Shown here piece by piece: positions 61,908-64,000 of a stretch of 64,000 bases of DNA. The translations under genes were made by a program, and so were the position numbers. The notes under the pieces are model-generated. The model was not told where the DNA came from. It made no database searches and saw only the letters and a program-made list of their open reading frames with translations. This stretch comes from Phyllosticta citribraziliensis (taxonomy: Eukaryota), in the NCBI RefSeq assembly GCF_038025025.1, contig NW_027117338.1, positions 2,294,001 through 2,358,000 on the forward strand. Direction: 5' to 3'. Position 1 is the stretch's first letter; each line of letters starts with the position of its first letter.

Positions 61908-63674
61908 GAGAGTATGTCTTTCTACTGCGACGTGATATTCCAGAAAAGCCGTTCTTGACGTCTTCAGGACATGGCGGCTGTAATTGATCGGTCAGTCGGA
62001 CTGAAGACAAGTAGCGGCAGCAGTCTGGTCGATGGGAGTCGAGGCGTCGTTGATCAACCAGATACCAATGTCATCTTTCTCTACTCCGCAGTCAATAGTC
62101 TTTCACCGAGCTGCTGGCAGCTATGACAAGTTACTTTCCAGAGTGCGTCCGCAATTCCTACGTGTTGTCGCTCGAATGCTCCTTGCGATCGTTCCCCATG
62201 GTGAAGACGTGGCTGATACTTGTCCCAAGGCGCTGGATAAGGGTGTCATGCTGCGATGGCTTTTGGTGGCGCAAGACTTGCAGAGAAACGATTCGATTGT
62301 GTTCGGACCGCCGCTTCCTGTGTCGTGGGTGAGTCTGGCGTTGTTCTTGTCGGCCCAACTGGTGGAATAGACAGAGTCAACATTTCAGTTTGCGGTTCCA
62401 TTTCGCGAGCTCTTTACTGAGTAACATACCTCGAGCAAGGCAAACGCGTCATCGTCGCGTTTTTTGTTTTTGGGATGCGCGCGCAGTGCTGAAAAAAGCA
62501 AAAGCTGCACAGAGTGACGTCGAAGGCTACAGCCAAGGAGATGTACGCTTTGCGTGCAGACACTTGAGCCAGTCCCTGCATGGAACCGCGGGATAAGAAG
62601 GCTGGCGCATACACCTGAAATTATTGTCGCGAGCTTTTGCGTTGTTTGGAATAGTATGGCGGGACAGAGTCTCCAGTGATCCCCTGAGTGACTTTTGCAA
62701 CGATGGAAATCGGAGAGAGGGAGGCAGGGACTGATCGGACCCTTTGGAGACCGAATCCGACACTGACTGTCAGGCTCGTCAGATTCTGTGGTCGACTCTC
62801 TCGTGCGAACTCGCTCACCGATGATTCGCAGACGATCTGACGGTAGGCGTCGTCAGGTAGGGGCGCGATCTCGCATTGCAACCTGTGAGCTTGAGCTGAC
62901 TTCCCTGAACGGGCAAAGAGTGAAGAGAAGGGGGTTGGCTCTGTCTTCTGGTCTAGTGGGGTCCGCCACGAGCGGTCGACAGCTCTTGTATGTCTGTGTG
63001 ACAGGTGCGACCTCACGTCAGAGTAAAATGTCCGACGCTGTGGTCCAGGGCAGCCTGTCGCTGCACTGGCGTCTTCCCTGAGAAAACTCCAGCTCATGGT
63101 TGGTTGTGTCTTGGAGGTAGTCTTGAAGTACCCCCGCATCTTTGTTCTACTATCGCTACACGTGTGGAGAGGCGGATTCGGGGGCTCCGTGGAGAGGCGA
63201 TCAGTACAGGTAAACACAGTGAGCGTTGTCAAGCTGCTGCCTGAGAATATATTGCCTTCAACAAATCTTTCTTCCCTCTATTCGATCAGTCTTGAGCCCA
63301 GTCAGGATAAGCCTCGGCTCTAAAGAAAACGCGGGACAAGTAAACTCTTTTGTCGGTGAAAGGGATGGTTCTTGTTTTGTTTGCCGTTTTAGAAGGTGTT
63401 CGCGCTTCAAGGCAGCAATGACGTGTGAGGGATGTTAGTGGTACTAACACAACGTTGTTGCAACTGCATCGCAGCCCTAGCCAAGCATTTTGTTTTAGGT
63501 CCCCCACCGCACACTCCGCAAATTCCGCTGCGTTGTAGGACTAATCTCACTTCCTCGAGTGCTGTAAGAGAGCCGCGTGGTGGTGGAGGGATGCCTTTTG
63601 AACACTGGGTATGTATATATACTTGAGCGTCCCTATTGCAGTCAGCTTGAACCAACGAAATAATGATCGAAAAA

Positions 63675-64000
63675 ATGGCGCAACCAGACACCGGAGCCAT
63701 CGGCCCTCAATTACGCAGTTCTTGCGATTCGTGCAACTCAGCAAAGGTCAAATGTACCAAGAATCGACCCAAGTGTGAACGATGCGTGGCTCGCGGTACC
63801 GAATGCGTGTACAGCATATCGCTGCGTTCTATCAAGCGCAAGAGGGGCTTGGGACAACAGCACTTCCGCTCGCCATCGAAAGCCCTCAACACCCCGACAA
63901 GTACGATCTTGGATGATTTTGTCGATTTCGATCCCTCGGCGGCAGAGATGGGCGTACTACCGGTATCCTTGGATGAATGGAACGTCGACTTCGAAATGCC
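63675..64000 (+). CDS. Zn(II)2Cys6 transcription factor, 5' part (AflR-like cluster), truncated by window end
   Basis: MAQPDTGAIGPQLRSSCDSCNSAKVKCTKNRPKCERCVARGTECVYS, open to the end of the window. Confidence 0.85.
   Translation, partial: MAQPDTGAIGPQLRSSCDSCNSAKVKCTKNRPKCERCVARGTECVYSISLRSIKRKRGLGQQHFRSPSKALNTPTSTILDDFVDFDPSAAEMGVLPVSLDEWNVDFEM

Noticed and set aside
61950..63650. Short ORFs between the two Zn2Cys6 genes
   Set aside because: No motifs and no consistent splice model.

Overview
Intron-containing genomic DNA from a filamentous ascomycete (Pezizomycotina; the class cannot be fixed from sequence alone). I can support about 22 protein-coding loci and one intron-containing tRNA. 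0-24 kb: a stand-alone, bacterial-type histidinol-dehydrogenase-family gene, then two full-length, divergently oriented Argonaute genes. Both have an intact D-E-D-D PIWI tetrad and one has an N-terminal CCHC zinc knuckle. They bracket five housekeeping genes (mitochondrial carrier, GT8, ARF6, mannose-6-phosphate isomerase, SGF29) and are followed by SNU13 and VMA3. 24-37 kb: oxidoreductase-rich block (NAD-dependent epimerase/dehydratase, DUF1996-WSC protein, ALDH, two P450s). 37-47 kb: one minus-strand reading frame of about 9 kb, open throughout except for a single TAG in the leaky-stop context TAG-CAA-CCA (UAG-CAR-YYA). It runs in frame, via a GC-AG intron, into a coiled-coil SIKE/STRIPAK-adaptor-like C-terminus. 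47-64 kb: tRNA-Arg(ACG) with a long intron, GH3 beta-glucosidase, a secreted Ser/Thr-rich protein, a concentrative nucleoside transporter and two Zn2Cys6 transcription factors (the last truncated by the window edge). Exon boundaries were read by eye from splice signals and frame continuity; no database searches were run.
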